Of a stretch of 64,000 nt of DNA, positions 50,291 through 64,000 are shown one piece after another; positions within the stretch are counted from its first letter, which is position 1; the number at the start of each line of letters is the position of its first letter. The notes beneath the pieces are model-generated. The model saw only the letters and a program-made list of their open reading frames with translations, did no database searches and had not been told where the DNA came from. Position numbers and translations under genes: made by a program. The DNA is taken from the NCBI GenBank assembly GCA_965655095.1, contig OZ296654.1, positions 39,618,001 to 39,682,000 of the forward strand, in the 5' to 3' direction. Source of the DNA: Haplodiscus bocki. Taxonomy: Eukaryota.

Positions 50291-52659
50291 TGACGTACTT
50301 GACGCAGCCGGAATAGGCAGATCACTGAAAACAAAACTACATACTGAGGGCAAGATTTTCTATTCGTAATGAACATGTTACGACGGAAAACAATACGTTG
50401 GATAAATTGTGTTGTCTTTTGCAAAACTCAGTTCTTAGACGTTCCATGAGGTACTCACCATTTTGTATAATCTTGGACTTTTAATTGTATTTCTAAGATC
50501 TTGGAAAATATACTAGTCGACCGTAGTTCACATTCAGTAGGGGTTAAATTTGAAGCCTCAATTTTGTTGACAACTTCTCGTTTCCGAAGAAACGTTCAGA
50601 AACTTAATAATTTAAGACTTGAAGCCCTTTTTTGGTGCTTTTTGTGTAGAACTTGGATAAGTTTTTGAGAATTTATGATACCCTAAATTTGACGCGCGTT
50701 TGCGAGCACGTTTGATGGATGCTTTCGCCAAAAAAGTTTTCAGCCACGAGAAATATCTAAAACTTCACTGGTGTTCTTCTCTGGCCAAAGTTGTCATACA
50801 AAACTTTAAATTTCAACTTTTCTCGAGAAACACACTACTGAGTGGCGACTTCAAAATGAATTTTTCAACAAACAAAACAAAAAGAACTGTGTCGACGATT
50901 GTTGTTAATCTCGACTTGCAAAACAAAGTGTATTTAGGATTTTGATTTTCTACATCGTGGGAGCGAACCATCAGGAATAATAATAGCTCTCGAACTTCCA
51001 ACACGGAGTGGGTTAATCAAAAATACTCAGAAAATGTGACTTCTCAGACCATCAAATTCCCCTTTTCATATCCAATTCTGTAATCAACAATGAATATGTA
51101 GCAAGTTGAAAACAATATAGATTTCGGAATTCACAACGCAATGTAGAAATGTAACTGAAACGGCTGACTTAAATGCCAACAACTGATTTAGGCTTGTGGC
51201 CGTCTCAAGTTCTCTCTACTTTTCACTAATAAAACCGGGAACAAAAATTGTGTGACACAGGTATCTTTGAAAAAGACTCAAGTCAAATTTCTTCAAAGCT
51301 GAGAACATTTTTCTTGTTTTTCAGTTTTTTTATTCGAACAAGCAATACTGCGATAAAAGTCCAAACGTCAACTAATATCTACTTTTATCGCCGGACTAAA
51401 ACGCTCATGAAAAACTCGAATATATAAAAACAAGATTTCTATCGTCTATTCTAATCCGTCTAACTAACTAATAAAACATTTGTTTACACAACAAATAGTC
51501 AACATCACTCGAACTTCTAAAAATATACTGCGTGAATATGACATGGAATTGAGGCGTTTAAGATCGCCGGTCATGTGACGGAATTACGTTTGAGGACGGC
51601 GGAGCTCCATGTATGGTCATAAAACCTTTGAACAGATAAGCAAAAAATAACAAAAAATCGCCATAAATCTAAGTAATGACACATTCATTTTTCAGAAAAG
51701 AATTTCTAAGATGCTTTGCAGAGTTATCTGGCACCAAATTGGTTGATTTCTATCCAAAGCACGCTGTTTTTGCGGAGTGCAACGAACTTGATATTTATGA
51801 GGGTTAAAGCAACTGCAGGTCAAACTAGGCGTTTTAGAACAACAAAATTGACTCCAAACTTGTCAAATCTTTACATTTTTGTCAATTTAATGCACAAACG
51901 AAAGTCAAAACTGTCCAAAAAATGAAATATGAAAGACTTCTGCCATCTAATCATCTGAGTTTTTCAATAAAGCAAAAATTAGGTTTTGAAACTAGTTCTT
52001 TGTATAGGAAGTTTTGTAAAGGTATAAGAATTAAGCTATTCTTCCGGCTAAAAACGACTATCGTCTGGCTAAAAATGTGCCGTTGTAAGTATAAACATCC
52101 CAAGGCACACTTTGAGAGATATACTACTTGTATAGAGCAATCCAGTATCAACATCAATTTTGAGTAATTCAAAAAAAAACAAAAAACAGAAGTTGCTATT
52201 GCGTTAAAGTTTCAACAGGGAAGTGAGCCATGGCGCACGGAAAATTTTTTTATTCCCGATTCGACTATAATTTGGTATATAAGTTCACCGGGTAAACTTG
52301 AGAAGCTACACTCCAAAACTGGTGAGCTAGCATCAACAGTGTGAATTGCAGGGTCATTTGAAAGGTCAAGCTGGTGTATTAAACTAATGCCTGACTTCCA
52401 TCTTTTTAAAAGATCCCAATGTGCGTGTTTCCACAAAAAAATAGATACCAAGCTAGGTTTATCCTAACGGGACTTCTATGGGTCAAAAAATGGTTTTGTG
52501 ACAAGATATGCAATTTCCAATAGCTTCAGAAATGTTGATTTCTCGTTGCTAAAATGTTTAGTTTTGGCGCCAACAGTAACGTTTTATTAATTACACGTAT
52601 CAATAGCAACAATTACATCAGTGACAATGTCATTTTCTTTCTTTTCTTGTTTTCCTCAA

Positions 52660-52940
52660 CTTTGAATAATGTGATCTTTTCTCAGTATTTTTCTGGAGCT
52701 CGTATAACCCTTTCACCTATAGGAGTCATGCTTTTCACACTTCTGCACTTCGAGCACAAGGCTCACAAATTGCTCAGTAGTTCCTTCCGCCCAACCAGCT
52801 ATGCCATCCACTATAAAACTTTCCGGCGTCTTTTTCCGCTAGTCGAACCACCTTTGGTCGCAATTGCTCCTTCTATCTGCAACGGCCGTCCCTTGCAGAC
52901 TTTCTCTAATCCAACTCAACTTCGTTTCTGCTGGCTAAAG
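52660..52940 (-). pseudogene. Decayed retrotransposon integrase zinc-binding fragment
   Basis: Minus-strand fragments LRPKVVRLA..AG and EQFVS.CSKCRKCEK resemble the HHCC region of a gypsy integrase. Confidence 0.35.
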
Positions 52941-55399
52941 TTCCATCACTTTTATTCATTTTTAGAATTAATTGTAACTATTAACTCAATTGTGTTTCAT
53001 TTTCTCCCCGATGTATTTCAAATGGCCATTTACCAGCCTTCTTTTTCCTTAGTGCATATGACAATTCTAAAAAGAACGTAATGTCTTTTCCTCCATTACA
53101 CTTCTTGCCTCTACTCTCCATTTTTCGATTTTATTTATTAATCTCTTGACTGTTCCATTGCCACGAAGCTTAAGGCTTGGGCAAATGATATGTCTATTTT
53201 CCCACCGTTTTTAGAACTTTTTTTGTTCNNNNNNNNNNNNNNNNNNNNNNNNNNNNNNNNNNNNNNNNNNNNNNNNNNNNNNNNNNNNNNNNNNNNNNNN
53301 NNNNNNNNNNNNNNNNNNNNNNNNNNNNNNNNNNNNNNNNNNNNNNNNNNNNNNNNNNNNNNNNNNNNNNNNNNNNNNNNNNNNNNNNNNNNNNNNNNNN
53401 NNNNNNNNNNNNNNNNNNNNNNNNNNNNTCAGGGGCTTCATTAAAAATCCATTGAAATCTAACGGTACGTGCTATCTCCGCATTTGATCGCCAGGGTTTT
53501 TCTAAAATACCTGACAAACAACAGACAAAATTTAGGCAATAAAAAATTTATATGAATCCTTTAAAATCATTCAAAAAGTGCAGGCTAACATATTTAATCA
53601 TATAAAAATTTCATGTAAATTTAGCTAGGGCTGTTCAGAATATTAATACATGTTTTTGGTAAGAAGATAAACCTTGAATGGGAAGGCGATGGATCTATCA
53701 GGATAGGTGATTGAGATACTGAAAGGTCATAATACTTTATTTGGTTAACCAGTCAGCCGTTTAACGGTGTCAAACCGTACTCTTGCTTGTAGTTTTTTTT
53801 GCTCATTTACAGATAATGTCGTGCTGTGGTGGAACGTTAATATATTAGTTTTAGTCGGCTTTGACGAAGCCGACCATGGTAGTGAGTTTGTTGTTTTAAC
53901 CTCACAGCGAAATGTCGTGGCTTCTTTTTTAGCAATCGAACGGCTATTCTTTAAAGTTTTAATAGTTACTGTATTTCTATACTACTGAATATATGACAAA
54001 AAAATTATGAAGTAAAAAAACAACCGTTCTATGATTCACCTAAATTTTTGGACCCATCCGATCCAATTCGGTTTCATGTTCACCTGCTGTCAGTACCCCC
54101 AAAAAATTTGTTCTACTTAGGCACTAAATGTCGCGGCAATTGTTCTGTTTGACATTAAAAACGATTGAGTATGAATTTAATTTCTCTTCTTGGCCAACTT
54201 TTATCGCGTATGTATCTCTACGTAAATGGAACTTTGCCAATAATAAAACAAAATTTACAAACAAGCAAGTTTTCGGTAAACAGTTTGTGTAATGCTGACA
54301 TTGACATCAACTAAGTTGATGTGACACTCGACTTCTACATTTCGCTCCATTATTATTGTTGATTCAGTACGAATATTCGGGGTTGTAGTCTTCGTCGCAT
54401 TATTTTTGGCCAAATGGTTTGCGAGCTTTTTTCCTAACAGTCCTGAGAATATCATAAAAACAAAATAGTAAGACAAGATTAATTTTTTTAAAATATGTAT
54501 GCTACCCAATCTTTCTCGTAGTCTACAGCTTAGTAAAACGACCTCCGCAAATTAAACTTTCCCGATATTCTCGACCCATCTTTGAATATTATATAGGACT
54601 TTTATATATAGTATATAGTATATAGGAATAATATATAGGGTTCTTCTGACCTTTTGGGTGGTAAGTCTAAATTTTCAGTTGGTTTGCTAGTTTCAGCCTA
54701 TTTTTTCATGTCACTTTCCTCATCAAAGCTCTGTCGTTAATATTTGTGGGCTTTGAAACTCCGATTTCACTCTTCTGTTCCTGCATCAGTTCCTCTGACG
54801 GTATTTCCTTTCGACGAGATTACACTTTCTCCCGGTTGCGGCCATGTCTGAAGTAATACCGGCGTTGAAAATAACTTCCGGTTTAAACTTTTACTTTTTT
54901 CTGTAGTTGCAGTGTGTTCCGTCCTCGCAACTGAAGCTTGTTAAAAAGCTGAAATCTTCGTGCCCGGGAGTTTCTCTCTTGATTTTTCTGGGAAACTTTT
55001 CTATGAATACTTTTTACTAACTGAGGTAAAAAGTTTTCGTTTCAGTGACTTTCTTTTTGAGCTGCGCGCTTTCGCCGTTTTCTGTGGATCATCCGTTGGT
55101 TGGTAATTTTCCATCATCGATTCTTCCGAATTATGTTAGCTGTTTTGGGTTTCGCCAAAATAGTTAAACCATCCTCTTTTAAAAAACAAGATTTGCCGTC
55201 CTTTTAAGTTCTCGTGGGCTCGGTTCTGGGTCTGTTACCGTGATGCATATCAAAAAGGCTTTCACGTAGACCAGTATGTACCATGATTTTTTTGCTTTTG
55301 ACGTTCCATTCACGTTTTTAATACAGCCGATTTTTACTTCTATTTGGGATTTTATCAGGCTTTCAAAAAATTTAATTGCGCTCATATTTGCTTGAGTAC

Positions 55400-58300
55400 C
55401 CGTATTCAACCCAAAATGCATCTAATTACTAATCATTTTTCGTATGTTTTTTCGGCTGCGGCTTCTCCTGCTGGTGTTGGGCTGAAATTTTCCGTGAATT
55501 TAAAATTGCTGCCGGTTGTGTGGTTTTTTGATTTATCGAAGTGGGACAATCTATTAGACCATCTTGTCGTTTTAGCACAATTTTGTGCGTTTCATCGGCT
55601 GCGTTTGATCAAAAGCTCTAATGCTTGGTAGTCGGGTTTAAATAAACTTTTTTCGTATGAGTAAAGGTGGACAGTTACTTTTTGCCAAACTAATGCAATT
55701 AGCGCTCTTTCTCCCACAGAGTACTTCAATTTTACTGCATTGAATTATCCGCTGTTTCTGCTATAATGTATTTTCCAGTCCGGTTCTGTTTGCTATCGAG
55801 CAAAATGCCCAAGTCATGGAATTTTGGAGCACATTTTCCCTAACTCCATAATTTTTTCCTCTTTTTCGGTATTCCGGAACCATTCATTCCCTGCTCCTTC
55901 TTAAAAGTTGTCTAAAGATATCCGTGTAGGCTGATAACTTAGAAGCAGTTTTGTTTTGTGTTGCATTATGCCGAGCAAAAATTTCAAAAACTTCTGGCAA
56001 TCTCGGTTGTTTGGTTTTATTTTACTATTCTTTTTGATCAAATTGCTAGAGCTCTCATGATTTTCATAACCGACAGCCTGTAGACTTATTTAAAAAGACT
56101 CAAGCTTTTCCTTCACTAGTTGTAAATCCTGCTTATTCAAGTATCCACACGTTTTTGTAAAAATGTTTCTTTGTTTTTGTTTCGACGTGATGATCACAGT
56201 AAAAATTACATTGTCTAGCGGGATTTGTGTAAGGAGTGTATAGTATTTTGAAATTTGGTCCATTTTTTTCCACGAAAGTGTTGGAAGATCAGCTAAACCA
56301 TAAAATTTTTCCAAAAAGTCTACATTAACCCTCTATATTTTCCCTGCTAATTGCAGAAATGGATTTTCAGCACATTTCTCCGGCATTTTTTTCCATATGT
56401 GTAGTCAAAATTGACCTTTTAAACCTATAGTTCTTTTCTCTCACCCATTATCTTGGGAATTTAGCGTTCAGACATTTTTCGATGTTCGGAGTGTATGCTC
56501 GAGTTTTGACGCAGCGATCACTGAGTTTTCTTGAATTGACTTTTTTCTAACGGTTTTCTTTCTATCCGTCATAAACATTGGAGAAAAGAAGTAAGGTTCA
56601 ATCATAGTCTGTCTCTTTTTTAATAGTCCGGGTTTGGATATTTTTTTGATTTTGGTTTCAGCGTCTTTCTTTCGAGCAAATGAGGTGAATTTTGTTTTTT
56701 GTTTAGTTGGAAACGTTAAGGTTTCAGTTGAGTTTTGATTTCTGTGTCTTTCACTGCTTCTTTTGTTCGGAATAAATTTTTGAATTGTTCACTTATGGTG
56801 TTATTCTCTGATTCATTGATATCCGTCGTGATAATTGGGTCATCGACTGAAGTTCTTGGAACCAGTCTATACCGAATAGCATCTTTGTATCTTTTCGTTC
56901 GGTAAGTTATCTCGTCGATCTTTTTCGTTAAAATTCTTTTGCTTGCAGTTACTGTTTTTGTTCCGATGGACTCTATTTGACTTTTGTTGACGTTGTGGTA
57001 GTTTCAAATGAATTTTTGTGCCAGTTTTTTCATCAACTTTCCGTTCGGTGGTTCAATAGTAACCGGCGGTTCCATGTCAGAGTTAATTTCTGTTTCGGTA
57101 CCTTTAGGTTTGGTTTTGGTTAAATTGTTTTCTTTTCAGTCTTTCAGACGTTTTTGATATCTTTGATCAAATTGTTGACTCTTCTGACTCACTTTTACGT
57201 TTGATGAACTTCTTTCTGTTTCGGTGTTATTTTTTTTGTTTCTCAACAACATGACTTTCTGAAATTGTCCTCCTTTTTACAATTGTTCCTGGGCTATGTG
57301 GTGCGTTACATCATATGCATTTTTGTTCATTGCTTCCGTTTTCGGCTTAGCACCACTCGTTTGCCTGTGTCTTTGAAATTTTCGTTGTTTTGGTTCTCTT
57401 CAATTTCTTTTTTTTTTGCGTTTTGTTAGTGCGTACTGTAATGTGTTCCTTTCATTCCATCGGTGGTATGTGTTTTTATCTTCTACTATTTTCGATGTAT
57501 CACCATCTTTTCCTCTCAAAAACCATTTCCGTAGTTTTTTGTACGCGATTGATGTTTTCACTTCTGAATTTGGCCTCGAAGCCTGAGAAATCCGTTTTTT
57601 TTCTGCGAAGCCAATAGTTTTCCTCAATGGTCGTCCAGAGTTTCCGTATCTGTTTGTTTAGCCCAAAAAATCCTCTGCTGTTGTCTTTTTAGGTGAGCGG
57701 AACGAAGCCTATTCGCACAAGGACTCGTTGGAATGATTTCTTTTTTTTCTCGTCCTTGAAATCTTTTTGTGTTTCTTGTCTGTAAATGTAAGTTTCTCGG
57801 CACCTATTGACTCGATTTGTTTGATTTTTGTACAAGCACTACGATGGGTTTACGGTTTATCATCAAGCAAGGTTCTGGTATGTGAAATTTTTTCGGCGAC
57901 TTTTGAGCGGTAAGTATTTCAGTGTCTGGATCTTCCAGAGGGATGAGAAAACACTTTTGAGTCCTGTCTTTAAAGAAAACTTGGAAAAACTAATATTTTT
58001 GCAATATTTGTTAGAGGAACATTCTATTGAGAAACGTCTTGTGAAATTTTTTGCCAATTTTTTGGTAAGTTAGTTGATGTCAAAAAACCCAAAAATTTTA
58101 AGTTTTCTCAAAACCGATTTGGCATTCCCCCGTGCCCACTGCGTTTCTTAACTTAGACGTTCATATTCCATAAACGCATTTGTAAATTTCGTTTGCTTTT
58201 TGCTTGGTCCCATTGGCATGGTTGTAGGTGTGCAGGATTGAAGGTTTCGGTGGCTGAAAATGTTTCAGTTGCGAGTCTTTGCCGAAATTATTTGAACACA

Positions 58301-59650
58301 GAAATTTTTTCGGAGGACAATTGTTCCTTTGTCGCACATTTCTACCCTAAAATCCCATGTATGGCATCCCAAAACTTTTAAGCAATGGTATTTGGAAGGC
58401 AAGTTGCATTCAGTTCTTGGCCTATAAAATTCAGTTTTTTTCGCATTATTTTGACTAAAAATTTTTGTGCAAGAAAACTCAATTTTCAATAAAACTTCTG
58501 CATTATCCAAGGTTTAGCGCATTCAGCATTCCCAGAGTCAAGCATATCACCTGAAATTGTAAAAAAATGTGAACAACAGTGAGTTTTGATGCATTTTTTT
58601 ATTCCTAGCGAACTTTTCTCATGGATTTGTTGCCGAGAGGTGTCAAAAAATAGGTTTTATAGAGACGTGTCAATCCTTCTAAAGACCTTCTATCTTGCTG
58701 AGCTATCAAACAGAGTAAAAAAGGTTTCGCAACGACCTTTTGGTTGCCTAGAAAAGCCTTTGAGAGTTTGTCAGGCTACGTTCAGTCTTGGATAGTTGGT
58801 CTGGCCATGATACTCTTTAGATGTAGAGCAATTCTTTTTCAATCATTTTGCCCTTTGCGATATACTACTGCGACTCTCATTGCCCAGAAAAACCCAGCCA
58901 ATGCCCGTTTCCTAAAGACGCTCAGCGTCTCCGTAGTGTTTATTTTTTCATATGGCCTTCGTTGTGCGCGACAAACCAATCGAGTTTTCTGAGAAAAACT
59001 TCCAACAAAACAACGCTCTTTGGGAAGATATTCTGTTTTCAATTTTGTATTTCTTCACTTAACGCCCTAGTTGTCTCTCTTTGCAACTCTGAGACGGCAT
59101 TTGCCAAACAGTGGTTGGCTTTTGTTGACTTTTGAAATGATAAAATTTTGTTTTTAAGCTAAATTATGTTCGAAGTTAGGGTAGCAACTTTGATCCTCCG
59201 TTGTCATCTCTATTGGTTGTTCGCTGCCTAATCTCTACGGATATTGCTACATGCTTTCTGGCATTGCATAGGCATGTGGTCATTGATGTTAGGAAGAGGT
59301 TGAGTACTTGAGCACCGCAGCGCCCTTTTTTGGTAGATAGTAACTGTTAAAAATTTAGTTGTCTTGTCGATCTTCATCTTTTACGGTTTAGTCTGGTCTT
59401 CGTATGAGGTGATTTGATGTATCGCTTTCAAACCCACTCCCCACAAAAAGTCTTAGGGTATTTTGTTTTCTTTCTCGTTCAGTAATACTCCAGTTGACTC
59501 GTCTTCTATCATTAAGGCCCCGATTTCAATCTCGTGTACCCTCTTCATATTTTGTTTGAATCTTGACAGCCATTGTCTCGGTTTGTATATTTACTAACCA
59601 TCGGTTGTTTTCTCATGGATTGGTTTTTTCTCTTCACTCATTAGCTTTTT
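55400..59650 (-). mobile_element. Old, decayed Ty3/gypsy element (gag-pol remnant), gag split by an insertion
   Basis: RNase H KYSVGERALIALVW...DYQALELLIKR...TRWSNRLSHFD (55500-55760). RT FYGLADLPT...LDNVI (56090-56314). gag C-part ETLDDH...NTYHRWNERNT (57300-57660). gag N-part QWLSRFKQ...DFLWGVG (59330-59590). Boundaries approximate. Confidence 0.7.
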
Positions 59651-61726
59651 TTGGATAGATTGAATTCAGTATTTTGTAAAACTGAATTTAAAAAATCCTT
59701 TTTACTGCGCCATGTTCTAATCTACGGTAAACACGAGTAAGTATGATTTTAGTTTTCTTCTTGGTCAACTATTACCGAGTATGAATTTTTATATAAATAG
59801 CACTTCGGTTATGGTACAGCAAAACTTACAAACAAGCATGTTTTTGTTAAATTTAATATGTAATGTATCAATTGATATCTAGTCCGGTTACATAGCCTTC
59901 GGTAACTACAAACTATACTGTGCTGCTATCTTGAAAAAATTCAAGATGCATCTTGATTAAAACCGATAGTTTTAGCTGTTTTCAGGGCTCTTTTTCCCCA
60001 CGCTATCTTATTCAAGTTTTCAATGTAATTTTCTTCAGAAGGGTTGTTTTTGGGCAATTTTATTCAAGCTTTCTTCAAAAAATTTCAAAAACCTTCAAAA
60101 GTCCTGTTTTTATCTATTTGAAATTCCGCTTGAATGAATGTGTGTGTATATGTGGGGAGCTCCTTTTTTACTCTTAATATAGCTTATAGTGCACCCAAAA
60201 ATTCCTGATCCTAATCTCATTTGCCTTTCGCAGACATTGACAAGCGTTATCGGTCAAATAAGCTGCATACAATTTGATAACCTGAATACGCTTTACTAAT
60301 TTATGCATTTTGACATGCAATATAAGCGTCATTTTTATCTTCTGTCCTAAATCATTGAGTGATTCCGACGAACATCCCTCTCCTTGTTTGCTGAGCCAGC
60401 GGTTTCAACACACGATGTAGTATACCAGATACCAGCAAATAGTTTGCTTTATTTTGTTAAAATTCTCCAAAATTTGATTTCGTGCGGCCTTAAATGTTGC
60501 AAACTGTCAATTGAATCTGGAGAAGTTTTAGAAGTTCTTGCCAGCAGTTGAGTGAACATACCAGTTTCAAAAAAGTATATAAACTGGAAACAATGGTGTC
60601 GCTATCAAAGGCCTCCACATCTGAGTAATCTGAGTAAAAAATTGAAGGTGAGCCGAAAAAGACCCTTCCTTGAAGATAAATATCAAATTCCTTTTTCGTT
60701 GGCAGGTCATATTACCCGTATTTTGATTTAATGCAAGGTAATAACTAATAGATTATTCCTATGATATTAAATTCAAGGTGGTACAAAAAAAACAGAAGTC
60801 TGAATTTTTTCAATTTTTCAGCTCATCTCAGATCTTCTCTTCGGAGTTTTCTCGGCCCGAATAAAGGTCGTTTAATACAGTGCCCGCTCAAAAGTATGAT
60901 CAAGGTGGGATGAACTCATGAAATTGAAAAAAACTTGATTCTGGGAACAGAATGTTAGTTTAAAAAATATTGTAGGACTGAAAGCTTCATGATTTTTCGT
61001 GAGGACTATCAGAATTTTTCAGTTTTCAAATCAGTCAATTTTTAGGATTTTTTGCCCCTCCATGTTGAAAATTTTCACTCAAATTTGCTCTTTAAGAACA
61101 ATTTTATTACTACTAACCATTACAGAGAACGTTCATAAATATTTGACGATTCAAATCTGTGGGAGCTTTCCATAACTTGACTATTTTTGCGGAGTTTCAA
61201 TTATTTCTGAATGAAAGGAATGTCTCATTTCTAAAGCATGGACAATGTATTCAGTTGACCGTTTTACTACATTAAGAAACTTTGAGCTGATTAAAAGCTT
61301 CAATCGTGTTATGAGTAGAAGTTTAAACTTAGTGGGATTTAAACTTATGAAATCTCCGTTGATGGAGAGAGAGAAAATGAGCAAAAGTTTCCGAGTGTTG
61401 CAAAACTGGCGCACTATATACATAAATGCCAACAGCAAATTAGTTCCACTTCAGTACTTCCGTTAAAATATACCACATGAAATTTGATGAGAAATCTTTG
61501 GTAATGAATGTATCACTTTTCGCAGCAAAATTCAGGTTGCATCGATCTTTCCCACTATTGATGATTTTTTGCGTTAAGTGTTAAACTATCAAAATAAACT
61601 GATTAACCGGTTTAGTGTGATTTATAACTTGTCCGTGCCCTACTCCTTTCGGAAACTTGTTTGGTTTTACCGATTACACAGCAACTCACCGGGATTTTTA
61701 AATGGAAGACTCCTAGGATATCTTGG

Positions 61727-63268
61727 TCCGTGTTTACCACCCAGGGATGACGCAGGGAATTCTGAGTCAGACAAGTATGGGGTATATGGGAATTAAGGAT
61801 GTCTTAGTACGGACACAGGCGTATCCCTGTTACCAGAGGTACCCATGTTGACATATCAGAGACATTCAGCGCTGATGAGCTTTGATTCAGAAATGTTTCA
61901 TTCTGATTCAGAACTGTACATTGCCTGAGAATCTCTGAACAGCACTGATTCAGCTCTGAACAGCGCTGGAAACAAATTTTTTCAGAACTAAAAATCAGAG
62001 TTGAACAGCGCTGATTTTTTCTGAGACAGCGCTATTTCTTGACGGATTCAGGGTGACCATTTTTGGTTAATTTTTCAATTTTTTCTGAAACATTCGAAAG
62101 TACCTCAATTTCGAGATGCAAACTTCTGGTCTTCAATTTGCGAAAGGAAGTGAGCATGAAAAATTCAGTTGTTCAATCTCTTACGGGTTCTTACGGGCCA
62201 AAGATATAACAAAAACTCGAATTTTTGGGTTTTTTGCTACTGCTCAAGTAACAAAACTGATATCGATCAAATTCTGAAAAACGTTTCCTCTTTTAGTGGT
62301 ATGAATTTTCAAGATTTATTTTTAAAAAATGAGTTTTTGCTGTCATTTTGCAGAATATTATCGAAATTACATTCTTTGAATATCAGGAATGCCATTTTAA
62401 TGACCACTTCATGCGTTTTCAGCACTTCTGGCTAAGTTATCACATTTTGATATTCTAATCTACAAATGTAAATATTAGAGCTGATTCAGAATAAATCAGC
62501 TTTGAATCAGCGCTCTTCAGCGCTAAAAACCCAGTGTTTCAGAGCTCAAAAAAGCGCTGATGCATAGCTGATTCTTGCTAAAACGGTACTGATCAGCGCC
62601 TAATTTTTCAGTTCTGGACAGCGCTGATTCAGAGGAAGTCAGAGCTGATCAGTTTTGAATCAGCGCCGATTAGCGCTTGTTTTTCATGTTCTCTGAATCA
62701 GCTCTAAAATGTATCAAGAATCTGAAACTGCGCTGTTCAGCGCTGATTATCGGTGAGATTTCATTCCGGGTAATATCCATGGGGTTCATATGGTTATCGC
62801 TGCGCCTAACCTAGAGGCCTTAGTCAGTTATATATGTCTCAAGTAAGTGCACGTTACGTAATTGTTGACGTTCTGATAATTTACGTATTTCAGATAATCT
62901 GAAGCATAGTCAACCCCGTGAATTGAAAATTGATTCAAAAGTTATACTTTTTAAGATATTTTTGCCAAAGAACATGTCAGAAGTCATCAAGAATTACCAG
63001 TTATCGAATGGTGTGTTTTTATTGGCCTATTTTGTCTGAAAATGAATACAAAACTAGAAAAGTTTTCTATAATTACCTTCAGTCGTCCTTTTGAAAAAGA
63101 TCATCTTTGTCGTTCCCTGAACCGGCGCAAAACGTTTGGTTATGAATTGAAAGTTGGATGCTCACTTCACTTCCGTAGTTGAAAACACAATTGCTGAAAA
63201 AGAAGCATATTGGTTCAACGCGTAAACTTCTCTTCTAGGGTACACGGCATGCCTATTACGGTGCATGA
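61727..63268 (+). mobile_element. Second diverged copy of MITE family A, interrupted by MITE B
   Basis: Colinear similarity to 27786-28370 (ACGTTCTGATAAT, TTTGTCTGAAAA, AAGATCAT.TTTG.CGTT..CTGAAC blocks). Confidence 0.55.
61840..62772. mobile_element. MITE B with TA-CCC...GGG-TA ends and arrays of CAGCGCTG / CTGATTCAG palindromes
   Basis: Left end TACCCATGTTGACATATCAG versus right-end reverse complement TACCCGGAATGAAATCTCAC. Dense palindromic subrepeats in both arms around an AT-rich core. Confidence 0.6.
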
Positions 63269-63289
63269 ATATTATAGTATATTGCGGAT

Positions 63290-63900
63290 AATACCAGTTA
63301 CCCTCGCTATCGCTCTTGCCACTGATATTATCCGACAATATACCCGCTCGCTCGTCAGCCTCTCGCTTATAATATTGCTCGGCTACGCCTCGCCTGTTTT
63401 GTTATAATCAGATTAGATGAAGTTTTCATCTTCGCAATCATACACGTATTCATCACCTCTCGCTTATATTATTGCTCGTCTACACCTCGCCTCTTGCTTA
63501 TATTATTGGCTGCGCCACCTACTCATGGTAATATTCAGAATCTATGATCTCCAAGTCAAGAGCTTTCGAATGATATATCACATGTATTATTATCTGAAAA
63601 TTTTATAATCTCTTCTTGTTTAAGGGTTTGAGATGGTATAATTTCACTTCAGCGTGTCTGATCATGGTGATATTTAAAATCTGTGATCTCCTAGTCAAGA
63701 GCTTTCCAACGATATATCATACGTGTGTCTATCTCAAAATTTTATAATCTGTACATTTTTGAGATCTAGGGTTTGATATTATGTAATTTTACCTGTGTAT
63801 GTCCGATCAAACTGATATTCATCATCTATGATCTCCAAGTCAAGAGCTTTCCAATAATGCATCATATGTACGTTTATCTTAAACTTTTATAATCTCTACA
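63290..63900. repeat. Helitron-like repeat cluster: GCTCGGCTACGCCTCGC-type short repeats and 3 x ~145-bp tandem units
   Basis: Unit containing ATCTATGATCTCCAAGTCAAGAGCTTTC.AA.GATATATCA recurs at ~63540, ~63679 and ~63824. Helitron assignment is inference. Confidence 0.6.
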
Positions 63901-64000
63901 AAGTTAAAGATCGTTTAACCGTGCTTAAAACATTGAGCTCAGGAAATTCCATATTTCACGATTTGTCAAATCAAGGTAATTCCCGAAAATCCCTAAATAT

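Noticed and set aside
52554-53081. 175-aa plus-strand ORF
   Set aside because: Looks like an antisense shadow of a decayed integrase fragment, with no domain features.
60822-60913. Candidate final GPCR exon after TTTTTCAG
   Set aside because: In phase 2 it stops after about 14 codons with no TM7. The phase-1 reading (HLRSSLRSFLGP...) could be a C-terminal tail only if an unseen exon intervenes, which is unsupported.

Overview
AT-rich, repeat-dense eukaryotic (animal) genomic DNA, not a prokaryotic window. The TE protein style is reminiscent of an acoel/invertebrate genome; this is an impression from memory and is unverified. The window has three N-runs (34190-34317, 47274-47514, 53229-53428). 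It contains: (1) a decayed full-length BEL/Pao LTR retrotransposon (58-7717) whose 5' LTR has acquired a copy of ~400 bp of the element's own 3' flank; (2) a multi-exon, divergent class A GPCR gene on the + strand, with five coding exons at 12088-48446 covering TM1-TM6 (TM7 exon not found), mostly invisible in the ORF track; (3) inside its introns, two unrelated, structurally intact (LTR pair, TSD, PBS) gag-only, pol-less LTR retroelements with very long LTRs (1.67 kb and ~3.1 kb), resembling TR-GAG-type non-autonomous elements and sharing a short structured motif; (4) older fossils: a probable Polinton/Maverick remnant, a decayed Ty3/gypsy element, Helentron/DINE-like elements, MITEs and tandem repeats. 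All calls are by-eye reading and manual translation; no searches were run.
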